Virus record (IMG/VR): IMGVR_UViG_3300044706_000011
Span: 1 to 39,960 of that record
Direction: 5' to 3' (one strand)
Source of the DNA: a virus
Length of the DNA stretch: 39,960 nt
Under the pieces are notes generated by a model. It was not told the origin of the DNA. It was given only the letters and a program-made list of their open reading frames with translations, and made no database searches. The position numbers and the translations under genes were made by a program. Positions 1 to 8,569 of the stretch are shown piece after piece (the stretch's first letter is position 1; each line of letters starts with the position of its first letter).

Positions 1-127
1 CAGACGCCGGGCTACCAGTTCACGCTCCAGCAGGGCAACAAGGCGCTTGACAATGCGATGGCGGCAAAGGGTCTGAGCTTGTCCGGCGCGCAGTTGAAGG
101 GCCTCGATGCCTATAACACGGGCCTCG
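1..127. repeat. Terminal overlap identical to 39834-39960 (closure of a circular or circularly permuted genome, unique length 39,833 bp)
   Basis: Direct comparison of the two window ends. The CDS that starts at 39516 continues in phase into 1-507. Confidence 0.95.
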
Positions 128-507
128 CAAGTAACACGTTCCAGCAGCAGTACGAAAATGCCCTGAACAACTACAAGACGAACTACGGGCAAGCTGCAGA
201 CCAGTACAACCGGACGGCAAATCTCGTGAGCCTTGGTCAGAACGCAGCCGCTGGCGTGGGCAATGCCGGCCTACAGACTGCATCAAGCATCGGCAACAAC
301 ATCACGAGCGGCGCGAATGCACTTGCTGCCGGCCAGATGGGTTCTGCAAACGCATTGAGTGGCGGCTTATCAGGGCTCGGGGGTGCGGGGATGCTGTATT
401 CGATGTTAAAGGGGAATACGCCTGCGGCCAGCGGTGTTTATGTGCCCGAATCCAGTCTGCCGGCGCTGCAGATGCCGACGATGAACCAATTCAGCATGGG
501 AGGCTGA
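1..507 (+). CDS. Internal virion / ejection-type protein, C-terminal part of a wrap-around CDS (N-terminus at 39516-39960; about 274 aa in total)
   Basis: Frame 1 is open from base 1 and in phase with 39516 across the overlap. Gly/Ala/Gln/Asn-rich low-complexity protein, first of three consecutive virion proteins before the tailspike. Confidence 0.75.
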   Translation, partial: QTPGYQFTLQQGNKALDNAMAAKGLSLSGAQLKGLDAYNTGLASNTFQQQYENALNNYKTNYGQAADQYNRTANLVSLGQNAAAGVGNAGLQTASSIGNNITSGANALAAGQMGSANALSGGLSGLGGAGMLYSMLKGNTPAASGVYVPESSLPALQMPTMNQFSMGG

Positions 508-508
508 C

Positions 509-1996
509 ATGCCGCTCGATCCATCGATCCCGCTGCAAGTACAGACGCCGAGCCCATTTGCGGCCCTACAGCAGCCGATCCAAACCGCCGCGACCCTCCA
601 AGGGCTGCGGCAGAATCAAACGCGCCTGAACGCGAATCAGGCCATTTCTGACGCCTATCGGCAGTCGGTTGACCCGAACACGGGCGAGGTGGACTTCGGC
701 AAGCTCCAGGCTCTCGCAAGCCAGAACGGTGCCGGCGCGTTCCTGCCCGAGTTCATGGGGCAAATCGCGACCCAACGCAACTCGCAACTCCAGTATGAGA
801 CCGGCCAGTTGGAGCAGGCTTTGAAGCAGCAGCAAGCGCTGCGCAGCACGGTTGGCTCCGTCGCCCTCGATCCGAACTTGGGCAAGACGGACATGTCGCA
901 GCACATCGCACAGCAGATCGTCGGCTTAGTTCAGAGTGGCGTTCTTCCGCAGGCCATGGCCATTCGTGAACTGAAGAGCATCCCGGGTGATCCTGCATTG
1001 CAGGCTGCATGGGTACGCACTCACCTGATGAACTCCCTGAGCGGCGAAGCTAAGATCAAGGCTCTTATGCCGCAAGTTCAGGCGATCAACACGGGCGGCG
1101 CGACGAATGTAGTGGCTATCAACCCGATGACCGGCGAACCAACTGTGACCGGTACGATGCAAAACACCGTGTCGCCGGACACGCTCGTGCAAAACGTAGA
1201 AACGATTGATCCGGTCACGGGTCGGCGTTACGCCATCACCAAGGGACAGCAACTTGCCGGACAAGGTGGCTCAGGTGGCGCGCCGCAGGGTCAAGGCTAC
1301 AACGGCCGATATCAGCAAGGCGGTGTTCCAGGTGGGATCCTGACGTCTCTCGGACCAAGCGAGCAATCCGCATTGACCTCACAAGGCACCACGTCCAATA
1401 CGGCCGCTCAGGATCTACACAACGCTGCAGCTGATGTGCCGATGCGTCTGAACTTGCTCCAGCAGGCGCGTGACAGTCTCGCCGGCATCAACACCGGCCC
1501 AGGTTCTGACTGGCGGAACACGGCCAAATCGTTCTTCAATGCCCTGGCTCCGGACATGGCCAAGAAGATCGGATGGACCGGCGACGTGCAGAATTACGAC
1601 GAGTTCAAGAAGATCCTCACGAACTACGCTTCATCGGTCTCGGGCTCGCTCGGTTCGGGCACGGATGCGCGCCTGAACGCGGCTATTACCGGCAATGCTA
1701 ACCCGAACATCTCGAAGCTGGCGAACGAGGACATCCTCGCGAAGACGATGGCTGCCGAGAAGATGCGCGCGGCGCAGGACTACGCTTTCCAGAACTCGGG
1801 GCTGACGACGGACAAGTTCAACCAGTGGCAGTCCCAGTGGAACAAGGCCGTAAATCCTGATGCCTTCGTGTACGCATCGATGAGCCCGGAACAGCGCGCG
1901 GCGTACACCAAACGGGTGGGCACCACAAAGGCGGCGCAAACAAAGCGTGATCTGATCAACTTAACGCGTTCAGGCGTGATCGATATGGGGCAATGA
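509..1996 (+). CDS. Internal virion / ejection-type protein (495 aa)
   Basis: ATG lies 1 nt after the upstream stop and there is an ATGA overlap with the next gene. Gln-rich, positioned between virion proteins. No enzymatic motif recognised. Confidence 0.7.
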   Translation: MPLDPSIPLQVQTPSPFAALQQPIQTAATLQGLRQNQTRLNANQAISDAYRQSVDPNTGEVDFGKLQALASQNGAGAFLPEFMGQIATQRNSQLQYETGQLEQALKQQQALRSTVGSVALDPNLGKTDMSQHIAQQIVGLVQSGVLPQAMAIRELKSIPGDPALQAAWVRTHLMNSLSGEAKIKALMPQVQAINTGGATNVVAINPMTGEPTVTGTMQNTVSPDTLVQNVETIDPVTGRRYAITKGQQLAGQGGSGGAPQGQGYNGRYQQGGVPGGILTSLGPSEQSALTSQGTTSNTAAQDLHNAAADVPMRLNLLQQARDSLAGINTGPGSDWRNTAKSFFNALAPDMAKKIGWTGDVQNYDEFKKILTNYASSVSGSLGSGTDARLNAAITGNANPNISKLANEDILAKTMAAEKMRAAQDYAFQNSGLTTDKFNQWQSQWNKAVNPDAFVYASMSPEQRAAYTKRVGTTKAAQTKRDLINLTRSGVIDMGQ

Positions 1997-4239
1997 TGGC
2001 GAACTACGATGACATCATTGAAGCGGCGGCCCGACAGAACAACGTCGATCCGGGCCTGATTCGCGCCGTCATTCAGACCGAATCGAGCGGCAATCCGAAG
2101 GCTGTATCGAGCAAGGGCGCCGTGGGTCTCGGTCAGCTGATGCCGGCGACCGCAAAGTCACTGGGCGTTTCTGATCCGACCGACCCGAAGCAGGCCATCC
2201 CTGCGATTGCCGCGCTGCTGAACGAGAACCTGACGCGCTACGGCAACGTGCAGGACGCCTTGCGCGCGTATCACGGCGGCACGGACCAGAAAAACTGGGG
2301 GCCGTTGACGCAAGCTTACCCACAGAAGGTGCTTTCCAATATTGGAAGGGGCCAGCCTGCGGCTGTGCAAACGCTTCCAGGCATTCCTCAGCGCAGTCAG
2401 GGCGCAGATGCATTGAATCTGAGCGATGAGGAAATTCTCAACGCATTTCCAGAAGCAGGGCAGCAGCAGGCGAAGGGGCGCCAGGCGACAAGTCAGGGAA
2501 CGTCGCCGGGGAGCCTTACAGATGAGCAGATCCTAGCCGCCTTCCCAGAAGCGTCAGGTGCCACTTCGCAAAGATCGGGGGCGCCTAAGCTGGTTGCCCA
2601 ACAACAGCCGCAGCCTGGAGCGCTCAAATCCTTTTTCGCTGGCGTAGGCAAAGGTATCGGCTCTACCGTGCAAGGCGCCGAGCAGCTTATAGGCCACGGC
2701 CTGCAAGCGCTCAAAGATGTGGGACCGACGCCCAGCATGCTCGGGATTGCATCGACCTTGGGCGGCTTGATGTTTGGCGAGCGCCCCGAGACGTTCCTGC
2801 ATAAAGCTGGAGCATCAATGGTCGCAGATGCAAACAAAGGCATCAGCAACTTGAACACGCAGATTGCCCCATATTCGCAGGCGCATCCAGTTGCCACTAC
2901 TGCCGGCAATATTAGCGGCTCGGTCGCTGCAACTTTGCCGCTGACGATGGCCGCTCCAATCGCAAATACCTACCGCGGAGCCGCAGGAATTGGTGCGCTT
3001 ACAGGAGGCGCGTCAGGGGCCGCTACCCCTGTTGAAGGTGGCAACGACTTCTGGGGTGACAAAGCCCAACAGGTCGGCCTCGGCGCGCTCACTGGCGGCG
3101 TGGCGTCGCCTGTGCTGCGCGGCTTGAGCCGCTTGATCTCACCACAGGTATCGCCTGACGTCAAAGCGCTGATGGATCGCGGCGTAACGCCGACGCCGGG
3201 ACAGATCCTAGGCGGTGGCTTCGCGCGCACGGAAGAGAAGCTGTCGAGCGTTCCCTACCTCGGCGACATGATCAAGAACGCCCAGCAGCGAGCGGTCCAG
3301 CAGTTCAACGCCGCAGCATACAACGAAGCTCTCGCGCCGATCGGTGAGAAGTTCACAGGCAAAGTCGGGCAGGAAGGTATCGAGCAAGTCGCCAACAAGA
3401 TCAGTGCTGCGTACAACGAAGTGCTGCCGAAGATGCAATTCAAGATCGACCCGCAGTTCCATGCGGACGTGATGAATCTGAGCTCGATGGCGCAAGGGCT
3501 GCCGAAGGCGCAGCAGGATCAATTTGTGAAGATCCTGAAAACGCAGATTTTCGATAAGCTCGGCCCGCAACAGAACATGGACGGTCAGACACTCAAAGGA
3601 GTGCAGAGCGAGCTCGCGAAAGCCGCCAAGGGGTATCTGGGCGACTCCTCGTATGACCAACGCCAGCTTGGCGCTGCGGTGAGCGCGTTAAAGGATGCGG
3701 TGGAAGGCAATCTAGCGCGCGTGAATTCGCCGGATCTTGTGCGGAAGTTAGCAAACGCCAATCAGGCATGGGCAAACTTCGCACGTATTCGGGCTGCGGG
3801 TGCATCACAAGGTGCGATGAACAATGAAGGCGTGTTCACGGCTGGTCAGCTGCAAAACGCTGTCCGAAGCGCCGATAAATCAGTCGGCAAGGGTGCTACG
3901 GCGACTGGCAACGCACTGATGCAGGATTTGTCGGGCGCAGGCCAACGTGTTCTCGGATCGAAGTACCCCGACAGCGGCACTGCGGGCCGTGGGTTGATGT
4001 CGCTGCTGGCTCCAGGCTCTATCGGGGCCGGTATGATGGCAGCACCGACCACCACGCTAATGACGCTTGGCGGTATCGGTGCGGGATCGCTACCATATAC
4101 CCAGCTAGGCCAGCGGGCGGCCGCGAAGGTTCTTACATCGCGCCCACAGCTTGCCCAGCCGGTAGGCAAAGCGATATCCAAGCTCGGTCCTGTAGTCGTA
4201 CCCGGCGCGCTTCCTGCGCTCCTCTCTGGCGGCCAGTAG
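1993..4239 (+). CDS. Internal virion protein with N-terminal soluble lytic transglycosylase (SLT) domain (748 aa)
   Basis: N-terminus IQTESSGNPKAVSSKGAVGLGQLMPATA ... AYHGG matches SLT catalytic-Glu and GLMQ-type motifs. The long Gly/Ala-rich remainder ends in hydrophobic segments. Confidence 0.85.
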   Translation: MMANYDDIIEAAARQNNVDPGLIRAVIQTESSGNPKAVSSKGAVGLGQLMPATAKSLGVSDPTDPKQAIPAIAALLNENLTRYGNVQDALRAYHGGTDQKNWGPLTQAYPQKVLSNIGRGQPAAVQTLPGIPQRSQGADALNLSDEEILNAFPEAGQQQAKGRQATSQGTSPGSLTDEQILAAFPEASGATSQRSGAPKLVAQQQPQPGALKSFFAGVGKGIGSTVQGAEQLIGHGLQALKDVGPTPSMLGIASTLGGLMFGERPETFLHKAGASMVADANKGISNLNTQIAPYSQAHPVATTAGNISGSVAATLPLTMAAPIANTYRGAAGIGALTGGASGAATPVEGGNDFWGDKAQQVGLGALTGGVASPVLRGLSRLISPQVSPDVKALMDRGVTPTPGQILGGGFARTEEKLSSVPYLGDMIKNAQQRAVQQFNAAAYNEALAPIGEKFTGKVGQEGIEQVANKISAAYNEVLPKMQFKIDPQFHADVMNLSSMAQGLPKAQQDQFVKILKTQIFDKLGPQQNMDGQTLKGVQSELAKAAKGYLGDSSYDQRQLGAAVSALKDAVEGNLARVNSPDLVRKLANANQAWANFARIRAAGASQGAMNNEGVFTAGQLQNAVRSADKSVGKGATATGNALMQDLSGAGQRVLGSKYPDSGTAGRGLMSLLAPGSIGAGMMAAPTTTLMTLGGIGAGSLPYTQLGQRAAAKVLTSRPQLAQPVGKAISKLGPVVVPGALPALLSGGQ

Positions 4240-4355
4240 GCAGCGGATTTCGTAGACAACGGACGTGCCAACAGCCGTCCCGATAGCGTGAATTAGTTGT
4301 TCGGTTTTCATAGGTAAGGCGATCCTTTAATCGTCGTTCTGTCGTTAAGCGGTCT

Positions 4356-4398
4356 CCCTAGGCAAGAGGCAAAGGCAATCCTTTTCTCTTGCTTAGGG
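4356..4398 (+). promoter_or_regulatory. 13-bp stem / 17-nt loop hairpin in the 165-nt spacer upstream of the tailspike gene
   Basis: ccctaggcaagag (4356-4368) pairs with ctcttgcttaggg (4386-4398) with one G.U valid on the + strand. The 3' arm ends 6 nt before the ATG at 4405. Confidence 0.4.
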
Positions 4399-4404
4399 CA
4401 CGAC

Positions 4405-6234
4405 ATGACCGCCTTCCTTCTGCCAAACGCGAAGCAGCAATTTTTTGACACCAACGGCCGTCCACTCGCAGGCGGGAGTGTCTATTTTTACATACCCAAC
4501 ACCTCTACCTTCAAGAATACTTGGCAGGATGCGGGTGAGACTATCCTCAACACAAACCCTGTCGTCCTCGACTCGAACGGACAGGCGATCATCTACGGCG
4601 ATGGTCAGTATCGGCAGGTCGTCTACGATGTCCACGGCAACCTCATTTGGGACAAGCTGACTGATTCTCCGGTGTCTAGCTCGGCATTGTCCAGCACTAT
4701 CGGTGCCGGTGGCGCGGCCAACATCGGGTTCGACGGGAATACGCTCGCCCAGCAATTCGCGTCTCGCGTCAACCGAGTGGTGGATTCGATTGGTGCGCTC
4801 CGAGCCTTGAACAAGCTTGTCTACACGCGTGCCTACGTCTTCGGCTATTACGCCGCGGGAGATGGTGGTGGTGGTGCGTACTACATGGACGCGAACGACA
4901 CGACCAGCTCCGACAACGGTGGCACGATCATCGTCGCGAACGACGGCGGACGCTGGAAGCTGCAGCCTGGTGGCCTTGTGAGCCCGCGTACCTTCGGCGC
5001 AAAGGGCGACGGCACGACTGACGACACCGATGCGCTGAATCGCTGGGCACTCTATCTGCTGGGCGGTAACGTTGCGGCGAACCAGCACATGGGCTACGGC
5101 TGCGCCGGCACGTACAAGGTCACAGGCGCCGGCTGGCAGATCGGCATTGGTGACTATATGCCGAACCTGATCACGGACGGCGCCGACCAGTTCTGCATCA
5201 CTGGCACCGTGTCCCCACTCGTCACGATCTTCGCAACTGGCGGCTCGGGCCAACTTCCAACCGTCACATGGAGCGGTATCAGGCTGAATGGTGTGACCAA
5301 CACTGGCACGAACGAAGGTGTGCGCGTAGCCGGCGCCTGCTTCTTTACGGGCCACGGCTGGCACTTCGACAATCTCGGCATCGGCATCCGCTACTACAAC
5401 CTCGCTGCAGGCTCGTTCACGGAAGGCGTCGTTTTCGAGGACGCGCTTTTCAATCGGTCTGTTACCACGTGGGTGCGGTACTCGGTGGGTGCGGGCGACG
5501 GCTCGTTCCGCAATTCCGGCCTGCGCAATTTCAAGGGTAATCTGGGCGAGACTGCTGGCCCGGCGATCCTTATTGACAGCGGATGCGTGCCCTACTTCGC
5601 ACCGATGAGCGGCACCATCTGGAACTACAACGCCGATGGCATTTTCATCCGCAACAATTCGACGCAGGTGCCACTCATCGGCGACATTGACACGGAAACG
5701 CAAGGCAGCAACACCAACAAGCTGACGCTGGCTGACAACGCTGGTACCGGACAAACGTTCCTGAAAGGTAGCGTGGGAGTCTGGAACTACGGATCACCCA
5801 ACATCCACCTCGGCAAGCTGATCGAGAACGCCAACTACTTTAATGCGAACACTGGAGAGGGCCAGATGTTCCAGGCTGACGCTATGAGCGGTCAAATCGT
5901 GTCCACGGCTCTTGGTCAGCAATTCAAGGTCCCCATTGTCCCCGGCGTGACGAAACCATTCCAGCAATGGTCCGCCATCCTTACCGTCTGCGTGACTTAC
6001 ACGAACGGCTACTACTGGCAAGGCATGTATACCGTCTTGCCCGGTGCCACGGATGCGATTATCAACTGTAACGCTCTGCCTGGTGGTGGCCTTGTGAACA
6101 ACACCGGCACGTTCGGGCCCGTGACGAATAGTCAAGGCAACGATGGAACGGCGTGGTTCGATAACGGCCTTCTCCCGGCGGGATCCAAGCTGTCCTACAC
6201 GGTCAAGTACCAATACGGTCTCATACCGCAGTAA
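4405..6234 (+). CDS. Tailspike / tail fibre with pectate-lyase-like right-handed beta-helix (probable polysaccharide depolymerase)
   Basis: FGAKGDGTTDDTDALNRW motif typical of pectate_lyase_3-type tailspikes. N-terminal FFDTNGRPLAGGSVYFY adaptor-like motif. 609 aa. Confidence 0.85.
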   Translation: MTAFLLPNAKQQFFDTNGRPLAGGSVYFYIPNTSTFKNTWQDAGETILNTNPVVLDSNGQAIIYGDGQYRQVVYDVHGNLIWDKLTDSPVSSSALSSTIGAGGAANIGFDGNTLAQQFASRVNRVVDSIGALRALNKLVYTRAYVFGYYAAGDGGGGAYYMDANDTTSSDNGGTIIVANDGGRWKLQPGGLVSPRTFGAKGDGTTDDTDALNRWALYLLGGNVAANQHMGYGCAGTYKVTGAGWQIGIGDYMPNLITDGADQFCITGTVSPLVTIFATGGSGQLPTVTWSGIRLNGVTNTGTNEGVRVAGACFFTGHGWHFDNLGIGIRYYNLAAGSFTEGVVFEDALFNRSVTTWVRYSVGAGDGSFRNSGLRNFKGNLGETAGPAILIDSGCVPYFAPMSGTIWNYNADGIFIRNNSTQVPLIGDIDTETQGSNTNKLTLADNAGTGQTFLKGSVGVWNYGSPNIHLGKLIENANYFNANTGEGQMFQADAMSGQIVSTALGQQFKVPIVPGVTKPFQQWSAILTVCVTYTNGYYWQGMYTVLPGATDAIINCNALPGGGLVNNTGTFGPVTNSQGNDGTAWFDNGLLPAGSKLSYTVKYQYGLIPQ

Positions 6235-6261
6235 TCCCCTTCTCAACCACGAAAGGCAAAC

Positions 6262-6369
6262 ATGAAACATCTGACCATGGCAACCGGAGCAGGCGGCGGC
6301 AAGCAACGACCGCCCGAAGAAAAGACCATCCCGACGAAAACCACGCCGACCAAGAAGACGAAGAAATGA
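6262..6369 (+). CDS. Hypothetical 35-aa highly basic peptide (MKHLTMATGAGGGKQRPPEEKTIPTKTTPTKKTKK)
   Basis: GAAAGG SD-like sequence 6 nt upstream. Stop overlaps the next start (ATGA). Confidence 0.35.
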   Translation: MKHLTMATGAGGGKQRPPEEKTIPTKTTPTKKTKK

Positions 6370-6770
6370 ACTCGTGGAGATCGCGCTGCGCGGCCGCATT
6401 GATGATCCTGCTGGCGACATACGCGCACGGCTGGGCAACAGCCGAGCTACCGAACGCCCCAGTGGACATGCTGCTGTTCCACGGAAGCGCCGCCCTCGTC
6501 GATCTCCTCCTGTTGTACGCCGCGCCGGCCGTTCTTCGTGGACGACTGTGCGCGGACTCGCAAAAGCTGCTGCTGGCGTCGATTGTCGGGAACTTCGCCG
6601 GCTGGTTGCTGTACATGGCCTACGTCTCGCCCATCTTCTACAACGTGTACATGGTGGCCCTGACGTATGCCCAACTGCTTCGACTGATAATCCCCGACCG
6701 CCATGCTGATCCTCTTGGGCTCGATCTGGTTTGCCATCCTGATCATCTCGGCGGCAGCCACCATCATTGA
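6366..6770 (+). CDS. Membrane protein with about four TMDs (lysis-cassette associated; holin-like or other)
   Basis: Four hydrophobic stretches (e.g. LLFHGSAALVDLLLLYAAPAVL, LLLASIVGNFAGWLLYMAYV). First gene of the lysis block and overlaps the next ORF. Confidence 0.6.
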   Translation: MNSWRSRCAAALMILLATYAHGWATAELPNAPVDMLLFHGSAALVDLLLLYAAPAVLRGRLCADSQKLLLASIVGNFAGWLLYMAYVSPIFYNVYMVALTYAQLLRLIIPDRHADPLGLDLVCHPDHLGGSHHH

Positions 6771-7030
6771 AAGACAGAACCATGCACGAACCAGAAACCG
6801 TCCGATCCGCGATCGAAGCCGCGGCAAGTAATCCGAAGGTGGCCACCATCGTGGCGGCCAGTACGACCGCTATCGGCGCTGCTACGAAGCTTGAGGCCCT
6901 GCAGGGATGGCTATCCGTCGTCTCAATGGGCGTCGGCATCGCCACCGCCCTCGTGGTGCTAGGCATTCAACTGATCCGGCTAGAGAAAGCGTGGCGCGAA
7001 CGTGCGCAGCCAGGAAAGGATGACCAATGA
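6767..7030 (+). CDS. Putative holin / antiholin (87 aa; alternative ATG at 6782)
   Basis: Strong TMD WLSVVSMGVGIATALVVLGIQLI followed by a charged C-terminus RLEKAWRERAQPGKDDQ. Lies upstream of the endolysin. Confidence 0.65.
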   Translation: MKDRTMHEPETVRSAIEAAASNPKVATIVAASTTAIGAATKLEALQGWLSVVSMGVGIATALVVLGIQLIRLEKAWRERAQPGKDDQ

Positions 7031-7266
7031 GCCTTCTTGACCACCTCCGCGCCGCTCGCAAGTCCTTCACCATGTGGCTTAATGGCGTCTTGTTGATCGT
7101 ATATCCATTCGCCGACTCGATCATCTCGGGCATCCATGACCACCTGCCAGAACTCGCCCCGTACCTGCCAGCGAACGTGTTCCAAGCCGTAGGGCTGGCC
7201 CTTGTCATCTACAACATCGTGCATGGTGCTCATGCGGCTGCGAAAGCGGCGAAGGCGGCACAATGA
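7027..7266 (+). CDS. Putative holin (79 aa, two TMDs)
   Basis: TMDs WLNGVLLIVYPFADSIISGI and VFQAVGLALVIYNIVHGA with a Lys/Ala-rich C-terminus. ATGA overlaps on both sides. Confidence 0.7.
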   Translation: MSLLDHLRAARKSFTMWLNGVLLIVYPFADSIISGIHDHLPELAPYLPANVFQAVGLALVIYNIVHGAHAAAKAAKAAQ

Positions 7267-7721
7267 CGCCGGCCGACATGAAACCATCCGGGGCCTGCCG
7301 CGCGCTCGTGCGCCAGTTCGAAGGATGCCGACTGCAGGCATACCTAGATTCGGCTGGCGTCCCGACCATCGGCGTCGGCCACACTCGCGGCGTGAAGATG
7401 GGCGACCGCTGCTCTCAAGCTCAGGCCGATCTCTGGCTCACGCAGGATTTGGAGGACGCAGGAGCGGCCGTTGCGTCGCTCGTCAAGGTGCCGTTGACAC
7501 AGGGTCAGTTCGATGCACTGACGTCGTTCGTGTTCAACTTCGGCGCCAAGAAGTTCGGTACGTCTACGTTGCTAAGGCTGCTCAACAAGGGGGACTACAA
7601 AGGCGCAGCTGGACAGTTCAAGCTCTGGATTCACGCCGACAACAAGGTCGAGCCAGGTCTCGTGAAGCGCCGAGCAGCCGAAGAGCAGCTTTTTCTCAAC
7701 GATGTGCGGGTGACGCCATGA
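7263..7721 (+). CDS. Endolysin, GH24 T4-type lysozyme (soluble, no SAR/TMD)
   Basis: E-x8-D-x5-T catalytic triad in RQFEGCRLQAYLDSAGVPTIGVGHT. 152 aa. Confidence 0.9.
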   Translation: MTPADMKPSGACRALVRQFEGCRLQAYLDSAGVPTIGVGHTRGVKMGDRCSQAQADLWLTQDLEDAGAAVASLVKVPLTQGQFDALTSFVFNFGAKKFGTSTLLRLLNKGDYKGAAGQFKLWIHADNKVEPGLVKRRAAEEQLFLNDVRVTP

Positions 7722-8221
7722 CCGCGCTCGAGCGTCTCGCCATCGCCGCCTTCACGCTCGTGGCTATCCTGCTTGGCGCCGTCTTCGGCATGAAGCACTA
7801 CGGTACCGAACGATACGACGAAGGCTATGCGGCTGCCGTCGCTGCTGGCAAAGCACAACACGACCGTGACGCCGCTGCTGCACTCAAAACCGAATCCGAC
7901 CTGCGCGCCAAGTTGGCTACGCGGGACGCAGACGCCCAACGAAAGGAACAAGAACATGCTCAAGAACTCGCTGATGCTCAGCGCCGTGTGCGCGCTGGCG
8001 TTGATCGGCTGCGCTGCCCAGCCAGTCCCGTACAGCCCTCCGCCGCGGCCCCAGATCGACCCGTTGCCGCCGGATCTGCAGTTGACGGAGGAGGACCGGA
8101 AATTGTGCCGGAGGATGCTGCAGAGATTCTCGGCGACGGAGCGGCAGTTGCAAGCCTCGTGTCACGATACGAACGTGTGGTCGAGCGCTTCGAAGAGTGC
8201 CGGGCAGTGAATGCGAAGTGA
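7718..8221 (+). CDS. Rz: Rz-type inner-membrane spanin (i-spanin)
   Basis: ATGA overlap with the endolysin stop. N-terminal TMD LAIAAFTLVAILLGAVFG, then an Ala/Arg/Glu-rich coiled-coil region. Confidence 0.85.
   Translation: MTALERLAIAAFTLVAILLGAVFGMKHYGTERYDEGYAAAVAAGKAQHDRDAAAALKTESDLRAKLATRDADAQRKEQEHAQELADAQRRVRAGVDRLRCPASPVQPSAAAPDRPVAAGSAVDGGGPEIVPEDAAEILGDGAAVASLVSRYERVVERFEECRAVNAK
7956..8210 (+). CDS. Rz1: Rz1-type outer-membrane lipoprotein spanin (o-spanin), embedded in the +1 frame of Rz
   Basis: Signal peptide with lipobox LIGC (MLKNSLMLSAVCALALIGCAAQ). Pro-rich mature part. GAAAGGA SD upstream. Lies entirely inside Rz. Confidence 0.85.
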   Translation: MLKNSLMLSAVCALALIGCAAQPVPYSPPPRPQIDPLPPDLQLTEEDRKLCRRMLQRFSATERQLQASCHDTNVWSSASKSAGQ

Positions 8222-8224
8222 GGT

Positions 8225-8368
8225 TGTGGTGGACGGTGCTGTGTTCTCCGGCATTCCATCGCATGAGTTTGCACCTCATGGTCAGGACGGGACACTCATA
8301 GCCCCTATCAGGGTTGCGCCGCCTTGCGAGCGGCTTCCCTGGGCGCGTCAGCCCGCGCATTCACCACA
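8225..8368 (-). ncRNA. Module C: third copy of the conserved-termini / variable-core element (see 15783-15908 and 16094-16214)
   Basis: Left end tgtggtggacggtgctgtgttctccggc and right end gcgtcagcccgcgcattcaccaca match modules A and B (right end 22/24 identical to B). The termini form the UGUGGUG/CACCACA closing helix. Confidence 0.5.
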
Positions 8369-8435
8369 CGACTGCTGACTGCCTGAGCTTTTGGGGCGCC
8401 AGTGGTACTCAGTAAGGCGATCCAATCAGCATGCG

Positions 8436-8458
8436 TGTGGTGCCGGACTTTCACCGGC
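8436..8458 (-). repeat. Isolated Y-type hairpin (tgtggtgccggactttcaccggc) related to the module left ends
   Basis: Same GGTG-GCCGG-N-CCGGC architecture as 8225-8252, 15783-15808 and 16094-16120. Confidence 0.4.
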
Positions 8459-8569
8459 ATGCCGTTTATCCCGAAGTTACGCGGTCACACTGCAAAGCCC
8501 GATGCTTTCGCAGAGCGGGTACGCGTCCATTATATACCCCAATTCAGCAGCCTCGGCATGAGATATTTT

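Noticed and set aside
4105-4311. 68-aa minus-strand ORF with an AAAGGA SD-like sequence, overlapping the end of the SLT virion protein gene
   Set aside because: It overlaps a strong plus-strand CDS by 135 nt, is isolated on the opposite strand within the late operon, and has no recognisable motif.
7202-7717. Upstream extension of the Rz frame, open across the whole endolysin gene (the ORF track shows one 339-aa ORF)
   Set aside because: The extension translates to Arg/Ser-rich junk. The real Rz start is the ATG at 7718, which overlaps the endolysin stop and is followed immediately by the TMD.
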